DNA of 32,000 nt from NCBI GenBank assembly GCA_028275885.1, contig JAPWTW010000004.1, forward strand, positions 1 through 32,000. Reading direction: 5' to 3'. The DNA comes from Candidatus Nanopusillus sp. (GTDB lineage: Archaea; Nanobdellota; Nanobdellia; Nanobdellales; Nanobdellaceae). The notes beneath the pieces are model-generated. The model searched no databases, had not been told where the DNA came from, and saw nothing but the letters and a program-made list of their open reading frames with translations. This document shows, piece after piece, positions 7,963 to 17,119 of the stretch (its first letter is position 1; each line of letters starts with the position of its first letter). The position numbers and the translations under genes are program-made.

Positions 7963-9146
7963 ACTTTATCAAGGTCGTTTATTGTATATATTTTTACTTT
8001 ACTACTACTCTTTTGTATGCTATCTATACATACTATATATTTTATATTTGTACTCTTTTCTATCAATTCTAATAATTCCCTCGTTAATATACCATCAATT
8101 ACTAAATATACCAAATTATTATGTTTTAATATTGTTTCTCCCAATTTATCTACAGGTACTTTATTTAATATATTAAAGTTTTCATCCAATAATAAAGCCT
8201 GATCAGTTTTGAATATATCATTCATATATGACTTTAATTTTTGTAATATTGGATCTTTTATTTTCTTTTCATTTCTAATATTCTTTATATCTTCAGTACT
8301 TCCTTCTAATTTTTCATAATATGCTCTAACTTGATCAAAAGATATTTTATTCTTTAATGCTTTTAATATTTCTTTTCCAGACAATTCTTCAACTTCTCTT
8401 CCAGGTTCAGGTTTTGCTACAAAATCGATATCAACTCCACTTAGCATACATTCCTTTACTAATAAATCTCCACCTCTATCTCCATCAAAGAATGTTGTTA
8501 TAATTTTTTTCTTTGATAAATTAACTATTGTTTTTGGTACATTTAATCCATTTAATGCTATTACATTTGTAATTCCATATCTTAATAAATTTAAAACATC
8601 TGCTCTTCCTTCCACTAATATTATTTCTTCGGCTTTATCTATATCAGGTCCTGCAGGTAATTTTTCTGGTCCATATTCAATTAATGATTTCATATTATAT
8701 GAATATTCTAAATATAATAGTAATTCTTTTGGATCTGGTAATTCTTCATTTATCAATTTTGTTAATAATTCTCTGGCTCTTTCTAATATTTGTTGTACTT
8801 TTGTTTTTCTTATATCTTCTATTTTTTGTACTTTTATTGTTGCATGTGTTGGTCCAATTCTTGTTACAGTTTCTAATGTTGCAGCAATTAATGCAGTTTC
8901 AAATCTATTTAAACTTGTTGGTATCCTAATTTCTCCAATTGTTTTATCATTTTCTACCTTAAGATCTACATCTATTCTTCCAACTTTCCCAGATCTTTGT
9001 AATTCTCTTAGATCCATTTCAGATCCTAATAGTCCCTCTGTTTGTCCAAATATTGCTCCTATTACATCTGGTTTTTCAACTACACCATCAATATATATTG
9101 ATGCATGTATCATATATTTTATGTAAGGAGGTGAAGCCTTCGCCAT
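7959..9146 (-). CDS. dnaG: Archaeal DnaG-type primase/Toprim protein
   Basis: The N-terminus YIKYMIHASIYIDGVVEKPDVIGAIFGQTEGLLG matches the conserved archaeal DnaG N-terminal domain. Toprim region LVEGRADVLNL...FFDGDRGGDL. Confidence 0.9.
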   Translation of the reverse strand: MAKASPPYIKYMIHASIYIDGVVEKPDVIGAIFGQTEGLLGSEMDLRELQRSGKVGRIDVDLKVENDKTIGEIRIPTSLNRFETALIAATLETVTRIGPTHATIKVQKIEDIRKTKVQQILERARELLTKLINEELPDPKELLLYLEYSYNMKSLIEYGPEKLPAGPDIDKAEEIILVEGRADVLNLLRYGITNVIALNGLNVPKTIVNLSKKKIITTFFDGDRGGDLLVKECMLSGVDIDFVAKPEPGREVEELSGKEILKALKNKISFDQVRAYYEKLEGSTEDIKNIRNEKKIKDPILQKLKSYMNDIFKTDQALLLDENFNILNKVPVDKLGETILKHNNLVYLVIDGILTRELLELIEKSTNIKYIVCIDSIQKSSSKVKIYTINDLDKV

Positions 9147-9240
9147 TATTAAATATTTTTAAGAAAGGTATTTAACTATTGAAATTTTTATATTTTGGTG
9201 GTATAATAATACTATAAAAAATGAAATTAAAAAATATTAT

Positions 9241-10359
9241 ATGATATCATCAGAAAAAATAACAATAAGTGTTCTAAAAGCTGATATAGGAAGTTTAGTT
9301 GGAAATTCAACTATTCCAGAAATATTTGAAGAAACAGCTTCAGATATATTAGATAAATATAAGGGAGAAAAAATATTTGATTATTTTGTATCACATGTTG
9401 GAGATGATTTGAATTTAATAATATTGCATAATAAAGGGGAAAATAATAGAGAAATACATCAAATTGCATTTGAAATATTTAAGAAAAATTCTGAAATTGC
9501 AAAAGAAATGAATTTATATGGTGCAGGTGGAGATTTATTAAAAAATGAATTTACTGGTTCATTAATTGGAATGGGACCTGGAGTTGCAGAAATGGAATTC
9601 ACATTAAGGTCTTCTGAGTCAATAATTGTGTTTGCTGCAGATAAAGCAGAATCTGGAGCTTTTAATTATCCTTTATTTCAGATGTTTGCAAATCCATTTA
9701 ATACACCAGGTTTGATAATTGATCCTGATATGAGACCCGGATTTAGATTTGAGGTTTGGGATTTATACAATCATAAAAGAGTATATTTAAATTCTCCAGA
9801 AGAAATTTATGATTTATTATTACTAATTGGGACATCTGAAAGATTTGCTATAAAAAGAGTGTATCCTAGGTCCGATAAATATCCAAATAATGAACCTGTT
9901 GCAGTTTCTTCTACAGAAAGATTATATGAGGAAGCTGGAAGATATGCAGGAAAAGATGATCCAGTAATGATTGTGAGAGCTCAAAAAGGATTTCCAGCTG
10001 TTGGAGAAATATTAGAAGCTTTTTCATTTCCATATATGGTAAATGGATGGATGAGGGGATCATACTGGGGTCCTTTATTACCTGTAAGTTTAAAGAATGC
10101 AAGAGCAACAAGGTTTGATGGACCCCCAAGGGTAATTGCATTGGGATTCCAGGTAAAAAAAGATAAATTATATGGACCAGAAGATTTATTTGATGATCCC
10201 GCATTTGATTATACAAGAAATAAAGCATTGGAAATTGCAGATTATATTAGAAGACATGGTCCATTTGAACCACATAGAGTATCCTATGAAGATTTATTAA
10301 CAACAACAGTAAAGCCTATATTAGATAAATTAATTCAAAGATTTGAAGATATAAAGTAA
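9241..10359 (+). CDS. fbp: Bifunctional fructose-1,6-bisphosphate aldolase/phosphatase (class V FBPase)
   Basis: ISVLKADIGS, SHVGDDL, GMGPGVAEMEF, GRYAGKDDPVMIVRAQ (Tyr/Lys/Asp-Asp catalytic block) and DGPPRVIALGFQV all match the FBPA/P family. Confidence 0.9.
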   Translation: MISSEKITISVLKADIGSLVGNSTIPEIFEETASDILDKYKGEKIFDYFVSHVGDDLNLIILHNKGENNREIHQIAFEIFKKNSEIAKEMNLYGAGGDLLKNEFTGSLIGMGPGVAEMEFTLRSSESIIVFAADKAESGAFNYPLFQMFANPFNTPGLIIDPDMRPGFRFEVWDLYNHKRVYLNSPEEIYDLLLLIGTSERFAIKRVYPRSDKYPNNEPVAVSSTERLYEEAGRYAGKDDPVMIVRAQKGFPAVGEILEAFSFPYMVNGWMRGSYWGPLLPVSLKNARATRFDGPPRVIALGFQVKKDKLYGPEDLFDDPAFDYTRNKALEIADYIRRHGPFEPHRVSYEDLLTTTVKPILDKLIQRFEDIK

Positions 10360-10400
10360 GAAGGCATTATTTTTAAATATATTCTTTTTAACAATAATAA

Positions 10401-10709
10401 ATGGGTCTTGAATACATATATGCTGTATGGTTATTACATGAAGCTAAAAAAGAAATAAATGCAGATAATATAAAAAAGGTATTGACATCAGTAGGAATAG
10501 AACCAAATGATGCAATGATAAATGCTGTATTAGCAAGTTTACAGGGGGTTGATTTGGATAAAATAAAGGAAGAATCGTTATCTTTTGCTCCAGCACAGGT
10601 TAGTTCACAACAAATAGAGCAAAAGAAAGAAGAAAAGCAAGAAAAAAAGGTAGAAGAAAAGAAAGAAGAGCAAGCATTAGAAGGTTTGGCATCCTTATTT
10701 GGTTTCTAA
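10401..10709 (+). CDS. rpl12: Large-subunit ribosomal stalk protein P1 (archaeal L12)
   Basis: 102 aa. MGLEYIYAVWLLHEAKKEINADNIKKVL, K/E-rich hinge, and the canonical C-terminal tail ALEGLASLFGF. Confidence 0.9.
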   Translation: MGLEYIYAVWLLHEAKKEINADNIKKVLTSVGIEPNDAMINAVLASLQGVDLDKIKEESLSFAPAQVSSQQIEQKKEEKQEKKVEEKKEEQALEGLASLFGF

Positions 10710-10744
10710 AATTTATAAATTTTTATATATAATTTTATTTTAAG

Positions 10745-11605
10745 GTGACAGATTCAGATAAGATTTATAGAGGCATCATCGCAGCAAAAAAAGAATTAAT
10801 TAAGCTAGGAGAGGAAAAAGAAAATTTATACTCTAGAAAGAAAGTTTTATATAAAGAAAGGAAAGAATTATTGGAAAAATTAAAGGAATTAGTAAGTAAG
10901 AAAGAGGAATATAGTAAAATATTGGATAATTTAATGAATGAAAGGCAAAAGACATTGGAAAAGTTAGAAGAATTAAAGAAAAAATTAGATGAAATAAAAC
11001 AGACAAGGAAAGATATATTTAAGAATAAGGATATTGTAAAAGATATAAATAAATATAAAAAGGAATTGGAAACATTGGAATATGTTTTACAGACTGAAGT
11101 TTTATCATATTCTCAAGAAAAGAAAATTTGGAATAGAATAAAATATTTAAGAAAACTTTTGGGTAAATATGAAGAAATATCCTCTGTTTTACAAGAAATT
11201 GATAAATTAAAGGAAGAATATAATGCTTATAGATCTAAATTATCAATAATAGGTCAAAATATTAGAAAGAACATTGATGAAAGAAAGGTTGTGAAAGAAC
11301 AAATAAAACAGATAAAAGAAAGATTAACACAAATAATGGATGAATATAATAAAATTAAAGAACAAATAAAGCAGATAAAGGATAGAATAAAAGAACTTGA
11401 AGATAAATTAAATGAAGATTTACAAAGATATATAAGTCAGAAATTACAAAAACAATCGATTGAAATATCAGAAGATGAAAAGAATAAAATAGTTGAAGAA
11501 TATTCAAGGATACAACAAAAAATTATGAATGGTTCCGAATTATCAATGGATGAAATATTAGTAATGCAAAAATATGAATTATTGAAGAAAAAGGGTGTAC
11601 TCTGA
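10745..11605 (+). CDS. K/E-rich coiled-coil protein of unknown function
   Basis: 286 aa with heptad-like K/E/L composition throughout. Internal repeat EQIKQIKER / EQIKQIKDR. GTG start as called by the track, so the start is uncertain. Overlaps alaS by 11 nt. Confidence 0.55.
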   Translation: MTDSDKIYRGIIAAKKELIKLGEEKENLYSRKKVLYKERKELLEKLKELVSKKEEYSKILDNLMNERQKTLEKLEELKKKLDEIKQTRKDIFKNKDIVKDINKYKKELETLEYVLQTEVLSYSQEKKIWNRIKYLRKLLGKYEEISSVLQEIDKLKEEYNAYRSKLSIIGQNIRKNIDERKVVKEQIKQIKERLTQIMDEYNKIKEQIKQIKDRIKELEDKLNEDLQRYISQKLQKQSIEISEDEKNKIVEEYSRIQQKIMNGSELSMDEILVMQKYELLKKKGVL

Positions 11606-14201
11606 TTATGAAAAATTATACCCAAGAAAATCTTTAGAAAGTTTAGGTCTACTTAGAAAAAAATGTAAAATTTGTGGGAGATATTTTTGGACTTTTGATA
11701 AAAATAGGGAAATATGTGGGGATCATGAAAATTATGGTTTTATAAATAATCCTGTTGGAAAAAAATTAGAATATAGTGAAGTATGGGAAAATTTTTCAAA
11801 ATATTTAAATAAAAAGGGTTATGCAATAATAAATAGATATCCTGTTGTAGCAAGATGGAGAAATGATATTGATTTTGTAATTGCATCAATTGCAGATTTT
11901 CAACCATGGGTTGTAGAAGGATATACAGAACCCCCATCAAAAAAATTAACTATCCCTCAATTTTGTTTAAGGTTTAATGATGTAAAAAATGTTGGATTAA
12001 CTGGAAGACATTATACAGGTTTTGTAATGATTGGACAACATGCATTTGTAAAACCTGAAGAATATGATATAAATCAATATTTTTTAGATCTATATTATTG
12101 GTTTGAAGATAATAATTTTCCAATGAATGAATTTATATTTCATGAAGATAAATGGGAAGGTGGGGGAAATGGTGGTACATCAATTGAATTCTTTATAAGG
12201 GGTTTGGAGGTTGCAAATCAGGTATATATGCAGTATAAAGTTGTTAATAATGAATGGATAGAATTGGATAAATTGAAAGTTCTAGATATGGGAATGGGAC
12301 AGGAAAGGGTTGCATGGGTTACAAATGGTACAAGTACATCATATGATGTTGTATTTCCAAATACAATAAAATTTTTATTAGATAATATAAAATACGAAAT
12401 TGATATTGATTTATTATCAAATATTTCAATGTATTCTTCATTATTTGATTTTGAAAAAAATGATATAAAATCCTTTGAAGAATTTTTAAAGGAAAAAGGA
12501 ATAGATCCAAAGAATAATATTGAAATAATGAGGGCGATATATTCAATTTCAGATCATATTAGATCATTATATATTGCAATATCTGATGGAGCATTACCTT
12601 CAAATATTGGTGGAAATTATAATTTAAGATTGATTGCGAGGAGAATGTTTTATTTTATTGATAAATATTTTGAAATAAATGATATAGAAGATTTTTTAAG
12701 AAAATTATTAATAAAAATTTCTGATGATTGGTATGAAGAAAAATTAAGAGAAAATATAAATGAAATTGTTGATATATTAAAATATGAATATGAAAAATAT
12801 TTGGAAGTAAGGAGAAATGCTAAAAAAATTTTAAATAATTTAAAAAATGTTGATACAAAGAAAATATTTGAACTATATACATCATATGGAATTTCTTTAG
12901 AAATTATGGAAGATATAAATCCCAATATAAAAATAAATATGGAAGAATTAAATAAATTAATTGAAGAGCATAAAGAAAGATCTAGAAAAATAAAAAAAGA
13001 AGAAAAATTAAATTTAAAATTAAATTATCCCGAAACATATAAATCATTTTATGAATCATGGAAAAAATATTATGATATTGGAAAATTAATAGGGATGGAA
13101 AAAGAATATTTAATATTTGATAGAACTGTATTTTATCCAACAAAAGGTGGACAAGTAAATGATACTGGATATATATTTAATTTAGATGAAATAAAAAATT
13201 ATTCAAATGAGATTTTAAATAATTATGATTTTCCATATTATGTAAAAGAAGTATTAAAAGATTATTTAAATGGTAATAAAATTGATGGATTTGAAAATTA
13301 TTTTGCAAAAGTTATTGATGTAATTGAATATGAAAAAATAATATTACATAAAATAGATAGAAAAATTAATTGGGATAAAAATTCAAATATTTTGCAAATT
13401 ATTGATAAAGATAGAAGATATAGAATATCAAGACATCATACTGCAACTCATTTATTAACATCTGTATTAAGAAAAATATATGGAAATCATATATGGCAAG
13501 CAGGTGCTGAAAAAAATGAATATGAAGGAAAATTGGATGTTACGCATTATAAAGTACCTTCATATAATGAAATAAAATTAATTGAAAAAGAATTAAATAA
13601 AATAATATTAGAAGGGAGAAAAATAAATAAATTTTATTTATTAAGGAATGAAGCTGAAAAAAAGTATGGATTTATAATATACCAGGGAGGATTTATACCA
13701 GAAACAAAATTAAGAATTGTTGAAATAGAAAATACAGATGTTGAAGCATGTTCTGGAACACATTTAGATAATACATTGGAAATTGGATTAGTAAAAATAA
13801 AAAGTGTAGAAAAAATTGCAGATGGGTTAATAAGGTTTAGATTTGTTGCTGGTGATAGGGTTATAGAAGAATTTGAAGATTATGAAGAAAAAATTTTAGA
13901 TATAAAGAATAAATATAATGTTGATATAAATAATTTAAATAATTATATTGAGAAAATATATAAGGAAAGAGATGAATATAATAAAAAATTAAATATAATA
14001 TTGGAAGAATATATTAAAAACAATATAAAGGATGGAAAATTATATTTAGAAACCAATTTATATATTTCTGATATAATAAAATATGTTTTAAAGTATAAAG
14101 ATTTAATAAATGATATAAATTTAAAGTGTAAAGATGGAATAATTAATTTAAAAGAAGGAGAAAAGAAAGTTGATAAATTTTATATAAAAAAAGTAAATTA
14201 A
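11595..14201 (+). CDS. alaS: Alanyl-tRNA synthetase (archaeal type, unsplit)
   Basis: 868 aa. N-terminal CKICGRYFWTFDKNREICGD, typical of archaeal AlaRS. Editing-domain HxxxH and CxxxH motifs (RHHTATHLL, EACSGTHL). GTG is the only in-frame start after the upstream stop at 11583. Confidence 0.9.
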   Translation: MYSDYEKLYPRKSLESLGLLRKKCKICGRYFWTFDKNREICGDHENYGFINNPVGKKLEYSEVWENFSKYLNKKGYAIINRYPVVARWRNDIDFVIASIADFQPWVVEGYTEPPSKKLTIPQFCLRFNDVKNVGLTGRHYTGFVMIGQHAFVKPEEYDINQYFLDLYYWFEDNNFPMNEFIFHEDKWEGGGNGGTSIEFFIRGLEVANQVYMQYKVVNNEWIELDKLKVLDMGMGQERVAWVTNGTSTSYDVVFPNTIKFLLDNIKYEIDIDLLSNISMYSSLFDFEKNDIKSFEEFLKEKGIDPKNNIEIMRAIYSISDHIRSLYIAISDGALPSNIGGNYNLRLIARRMFYFIDKYFEINDIEDFLRKLLIKISDDWYEEKLRENINEIVDILKYEYEKYLEVRRNAKKILNNLKNVDTKKIFELYTSYGISLEIMEDINPNIKINMEELNKLIEEHKERSRKIKKEEKLNLKLNYPETYKSFYESWKKYYDIGKLIGMEKEYLIFDRTVFYPTKGGQVNDTGYIFNLDEIKNYSNEILNNYDFPYYVKEVLKDYLNGNKIDGFENYFAKVIDVIEYEKIILHKIDRKINWDKNSNILQIIDKDRRYRISRHHTATHLLTSVLRKIYGNHIWQAGAEKNEYEGKLDVTHYKVPSYNEIKLIEKELNKIILEGRKINKFYLLRNEAEKKYGFIIYQGGFIPETKLRIVEIENTDVEACSGTHLDNTLEIGLVKIKSVEKIADGLIRFRFVAGDRVIEEFEDYEEKILDIKNKYNVDINNLNNYIEKIYKERDEYNKKLNIILEEYIKNNIKDGKLYLETNLYISDIIKYVLKYKDLINDINLKCKDGIINLKEGEKKVDKFYIKKVN

Positions 14202-14210
14202 TTTTTATAA

Positions 14211-14294
14211 GCGGCGGTGCCCGAGCGGTCAAAGGGGGTCGGTTTAGGTCCGATTGGATAAGATCCGCCAGGGGTTCAAATCCCCTCCGCCGCA
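14211..14294 (+). tRNA. tRNA-Leu (anticodon UAG), class II with long variable arm
   Basis: Folded by hand. Acceptor GCGGCGG/CCGCCGC, anticodon stem GTCGG/CCGAT, loop TTTAGGT, variable stem GGAT/ATCC, T-arm AGGGG-TTCAAAT-CCCCT, discriminator A. No encoded CCA. Confidence 0.9.
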
Positions 14295-14461
14295 TTGAGA
14301 TTACCTACATAGATAGCTAATAATATTAGATGTAAATCTTATGAGTTAATCTTTTTCTGCTTTTATTCATTCATGATAAATAAGTTTGTTAGGCATGTTA
14401 TTATATTTTAATATGATGAAATTTTATTATTTACATCTTTTAGTAATATAAAATTTATATA

Positions 14462-14536
14462 TGGACCCGCGGGGATTCGAACCCCGGACCTCTCGGACCG
14501 CAACCGAGAATTCTGTCCATGCTGAACTACGGGTCC
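14462..14536 (-). tRNA. tRNA-Arg (anticodon GCG)
   Basis: The reverse complement folds as GGACCCG-TA-GTTC...GAAT-CTCGG-TTGCGGT-CCGAG-AGGTC-CGGGG-TTCGAAT-CCCCG-CGGGTCC-A. No encoded CCA. Confidence 0.9.
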
Positions 14537-14544
14537 TATATATA

Positions 14545-15030
14545 TTATATTTTTGGTAATATTAAATTTCCAAATTTTTGATATCTATTTAATTTAAAGA
14601 ATAAACCAGATAAATAGGATAAATATGCATCATAAATGTCCTTATATTTAAATACTTTTGAAAAATATTGATATTTTAATTTTAATATTTTTTCTACAGC
14701 TCTTGGAAATGTTTCATATACCTCTATATCCTTATTAATCTCTATTATTTTACTTTTTAATAAATTAGCTCTTTCATATAATAATTTCATTGATTTTAAA
14801 GATAATGGTAATGGTTTGAATCCATATTTATATAATAATTTTTCTTCTATTCTATATGGATATTCATAACTTAAAGGTGCATCAATAAATATATATTTGA
14901 ATTTTTCATTTTCTATTAAATTCAATATTTTTTCATTTTTATTTAATATCCCAAATATTGGTTTTTTATTAAAGTAAAAATATCCAGTTCTATTATTTTC
15001 TTTTGCAGATAGATCTAAACCAAGTATCAT
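14545..15030 (-). CDS. Predicted RNase H-fold nuclease-like protein (DUF429-like), function unknown
   Basis: 161 aa. N-terminal ILGLDLS...TGYFYF and later YIFIDAPLS resemble the two acidic motifs of DUF429/RNase H-like proteins. 4-nt overlap with trmY. Confidence 0.4.
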   Translation of the reverse strand: MILGLDLSAKENNRTGYFYFNKKPIFGILNKNEKILNLIENEKFKYIFIDAPLSYEYPYRIEEKLLYKYGFKPLPLSLKSMKLLYERANLLKSKIIEINKDIEVYETFPRAVEKILKLKYQYFSKVFKYKDIYDAYLSYLSGLFFKLNRYQKFGNLILPKI

Positions 15031-15644
15031 TCTCTATAAACAAATTTATATGAAGTATCATATATATCCTTTTCAAAATTCATCTTATCCAAATAATAAT
15101 TTAATATTACAATAACTTGTGATGAAAAATAATTAATATCTCCTAAAGAAATCTTTATTATATCATTTTCTATTTTTTTCTTTATATCTTTTGGTACTCC
15201 TAAAAAATCTCCAATAATAAATACTGGATTTTCAATTTTTATATTTTCAATAAATTCTCCATCTTTATCTAATAAATATATATTCTTTCCACTATTTTTA
15301 TATTCTCTTAATAAATCGAAAAAGTCAATTTTATCAACATATATACCTGGAAAAGGATTTTTAATATTCTTTTTATTATATTTTTTTAATGATATTGATA
15401 ATAGTGTAGATATATCCTTTTTTGACCATGGTGTATTTATATCAGATTCTATCCTTATTAATCTAGGAGGAACAGGTTTTCCATTTAAATATAAATCAAA
15501 TCTAATATTTTTTCTTAATCCATTTGATACAAAGAAAGCATGTATAATTGAATTAATTGCTATATCTAATCTTCCAGAATAATATATATTTTTAAAATTT
15601 CCATCAGTTCTTATTGTATTTGAATAAAAAATAAATGTTCTCAT
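15027..15644 (-). CDS. trmY: tRNA (pseudouridine54-N1)-methyltransferase TrmY (SPOUT, DUF358 family)
   Basis: MRTFIFYSNTIRTDGNF...SGRLDIAINSIIHAFFVSNGLRKNIRFDLYLNG...PPRLIRIE matches my recollection of the MJ1640-type TrmY N-terminal pattern. Confidence 0.65.
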   Translation of the reverse strand: MRTFIFYSNTIRTDGNFKNIYYSGRLDIAINSIIHAFFVSNGLRKNIRFDLYLNGKPVPPRLIRIESDINTPWSKKDISTLLSISLKKYNKKNIKNPFPGIYVDKIDFFDLLREYKNSGKNIYLLDKDGEFIENIKIENPVFIIGDFLGVPKDIKKKIENDIIKISLGDINYFSSQVIVILNYYLDKMNFEKDIYDTSYKFVYRE

Positions 15645-15695
15645 AATGAAATATTTAAATAAAATCTTATAAAAAATGAAAAATAGTAAACTCTT

Positions 15696-16183
15696 ATGAA
15701 TAAATCGAAATTATTTTTCTTATTATTAATATTTAGTCTTTTTTAATATATATTCACAAAATTACTCATCAACATTATTAAATATTTCAGTAAATTCTAT
15801 AAATATAAATCAATTAAATCTATATGGTTTGGGACAAGGATCTTATGGTGATTTTTATATTCTATATCCTTCATATTATTTTTCTTATCCAATAACTTCA
15901 TTAAATCAATATTTAAATATATATTTCAATTCATCAATTCCTTTATCCTTTTATATAATGAACCAACAAAATTATCAAAATTTTCAAAATGGCAGTAATT
16001 TTACATCAATTTATCAAGGATATACAAATATACAAAAAATACATATTATTTTTTATATATAGTTTGACAAATCAGCCTTTAAATATTGTTATACAATTCA
16101 ATAAAGAAATTCAATATAATTATTTAAATATTGGATTATTAGTCGGAGGAATAATTGGGGTAATTGTATTTATTATATACTGA
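15696..16183 (+). pseudogene. Surface-protein gene (signal peptide ... C-terminal TM anchor) split over three frames by two homopolymer frameshifts
   Basis: Frame A 15696-15746 gives MNKSKLFFLLLIFSLF* and ends in a T6 run. Frame B is open 15730-16062. Frame C is open 15962-16183 and ends NIGLLVGGIIGVIVFIIY*. Removing one T at about 15739-15744 and one A at 16034-16039 gives one ORF of about 160 aa. Confidence 0.4.
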
Positions 16184-16257
16184 TGGGACCGCCGGGATTT
16201 GAACCCGGGACCACCGGTACCCCAAACCGACATCCTTCCAGGCTGGACTACGGTCCC
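16184..16257 (-). tRNA. tRNA-Pro (anticodon GGG)
   Basis: The reverse complement folds as GGGACCG-TA-GTCC...GGAT-TCGGT-TTGGGGT-ACCGG-TGGTC-CCGGG-TTCAAAT-CCCGG-CGGTCCC-A. No encoded CCA. Confidence 0.9.
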
Positions 16258-16276
16258 AGATAAAATATATGAAAAA

Positions 16277-16867
16277 TTAAAATATATAAGGAATAAATCT
16301 AAAAGTTTCTTTCATATATTCTTCATATTCCTTTCCAAACTTTTCTAACATATATTTTTCTTCTGGAATTACTTCTCCAACATATACTATTAATGATACA
16401 ATAAAAGCTCCTAATATTCCTAATAAACTATATGTTACAAATCCAAGTCCAAAAAATACTATTATTTCTCCCAAATATCCTGGATGTCTTATATACTTGT
16501 ATATACCATTTTTAATTATCTTTTGACCTTCAACAGTTCCAATAGATGGCAAATAATATTTTCCAAGGGTTGCTTCTGCAACACCTTGTAATATTAATCC
16601 AATTATAAATAATGTAAATCCAATAATATAACCTAAATTATAATTGAATAATCCAAAATTATAATAATAACCTATTAATGCTAATATTACTATAAATGTC
16701 ATTCCAACTAATACATATAATATAAAACCTACTAATGAATATAATTTTAATTCAATTATTTTTTCTTTTTCTTCCTTTATTATTATAAAGGGCAATACCA
16801 ATCCAATTATTATTTCTGATACTATAAAAAGAAATAGATATTCTTGTATTCCAAAGTTTATTATCAT
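16277..16867 (-). CDS. Isoprenylcysteine carboxyl methyltransferase (ICMT)/phospholipid methyltransferase family membrane protein
   Basis: 196 aa and polytopic. C-terminal motif GIYKYIRHPGYLGEIIVFFG matches the ICMT-family RHPxYxG signature. Confidence 0.75.
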   Translation of the reverse strand: MIINFGIQEYLFLFIVSEIIIGLVLPFIIIKEEKEKIIELKLYSLVGFILYVLVGMTFIVILALIGYYYNFGLFNYNLGYIIGFTLFIIGLILQGVAEATLGKYYLPSIGTVEGQKIIKNGIYKYIRHPGYLGEIIVFFGLGFVTYSLLGILGAFIVSLIVYVGEVIPEEKYMLEKFGKEYEEYMKETFRFIPYIF

Positions 16868-17119
16868 TCTAATATTTTATTGTTTTTAAAATATAAATTT
16901 ATCTCATTGGAAGATACATATAATTTTTTAATTTAATCTATCCTAATAGGGAAAAATTTAAGTTTGAAATATTACAAAGTTTAAGATCTATATATTTAAT
17001 AACAATTGTGGTGCTGTTGTATATGTTGTTGTTATGATAGATTTATTAGATTCCATATAAAATGTAACAGTACATAATTTTTAGGTATTAATATCAATTT
17101 TTATTACTTCATAGTTTGA

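Noticed and set aside
14405-14461. Possible C/D-box sRNA: AUGAUGA C-box-like heptamer (about 14413-14419) in the tRNA-Leu/tRNA-Arg spacer
   Set aside because: No CUGA D box and no terminal stem within the following 60 nt or so. ATGATGA is expected by chance in AT-rich DNA.
14295-14461. tRNA-Leu 3' flank as an integration site for a mobile element or provirus
   Set aside because: There is only a 167-nt spacer before a convergent tRNA-Arg. I saw no integrase, no direct repeat of the tRNA 3' end and no foreign-looking gene block.
15829-16183. Track ORFs 15829-16062 (TTG start) and 15989-16183 taken as two independent overlapping genes
   Set aside because: Neither has a convincing start context. 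Together with the upstream signal-peptide mini-ORF, they read as one gene interrupted at homopolymers (see the pseudogene call). The single-gene reading gives a coherent signal-peptide plus C-terminal-anchor architecture.
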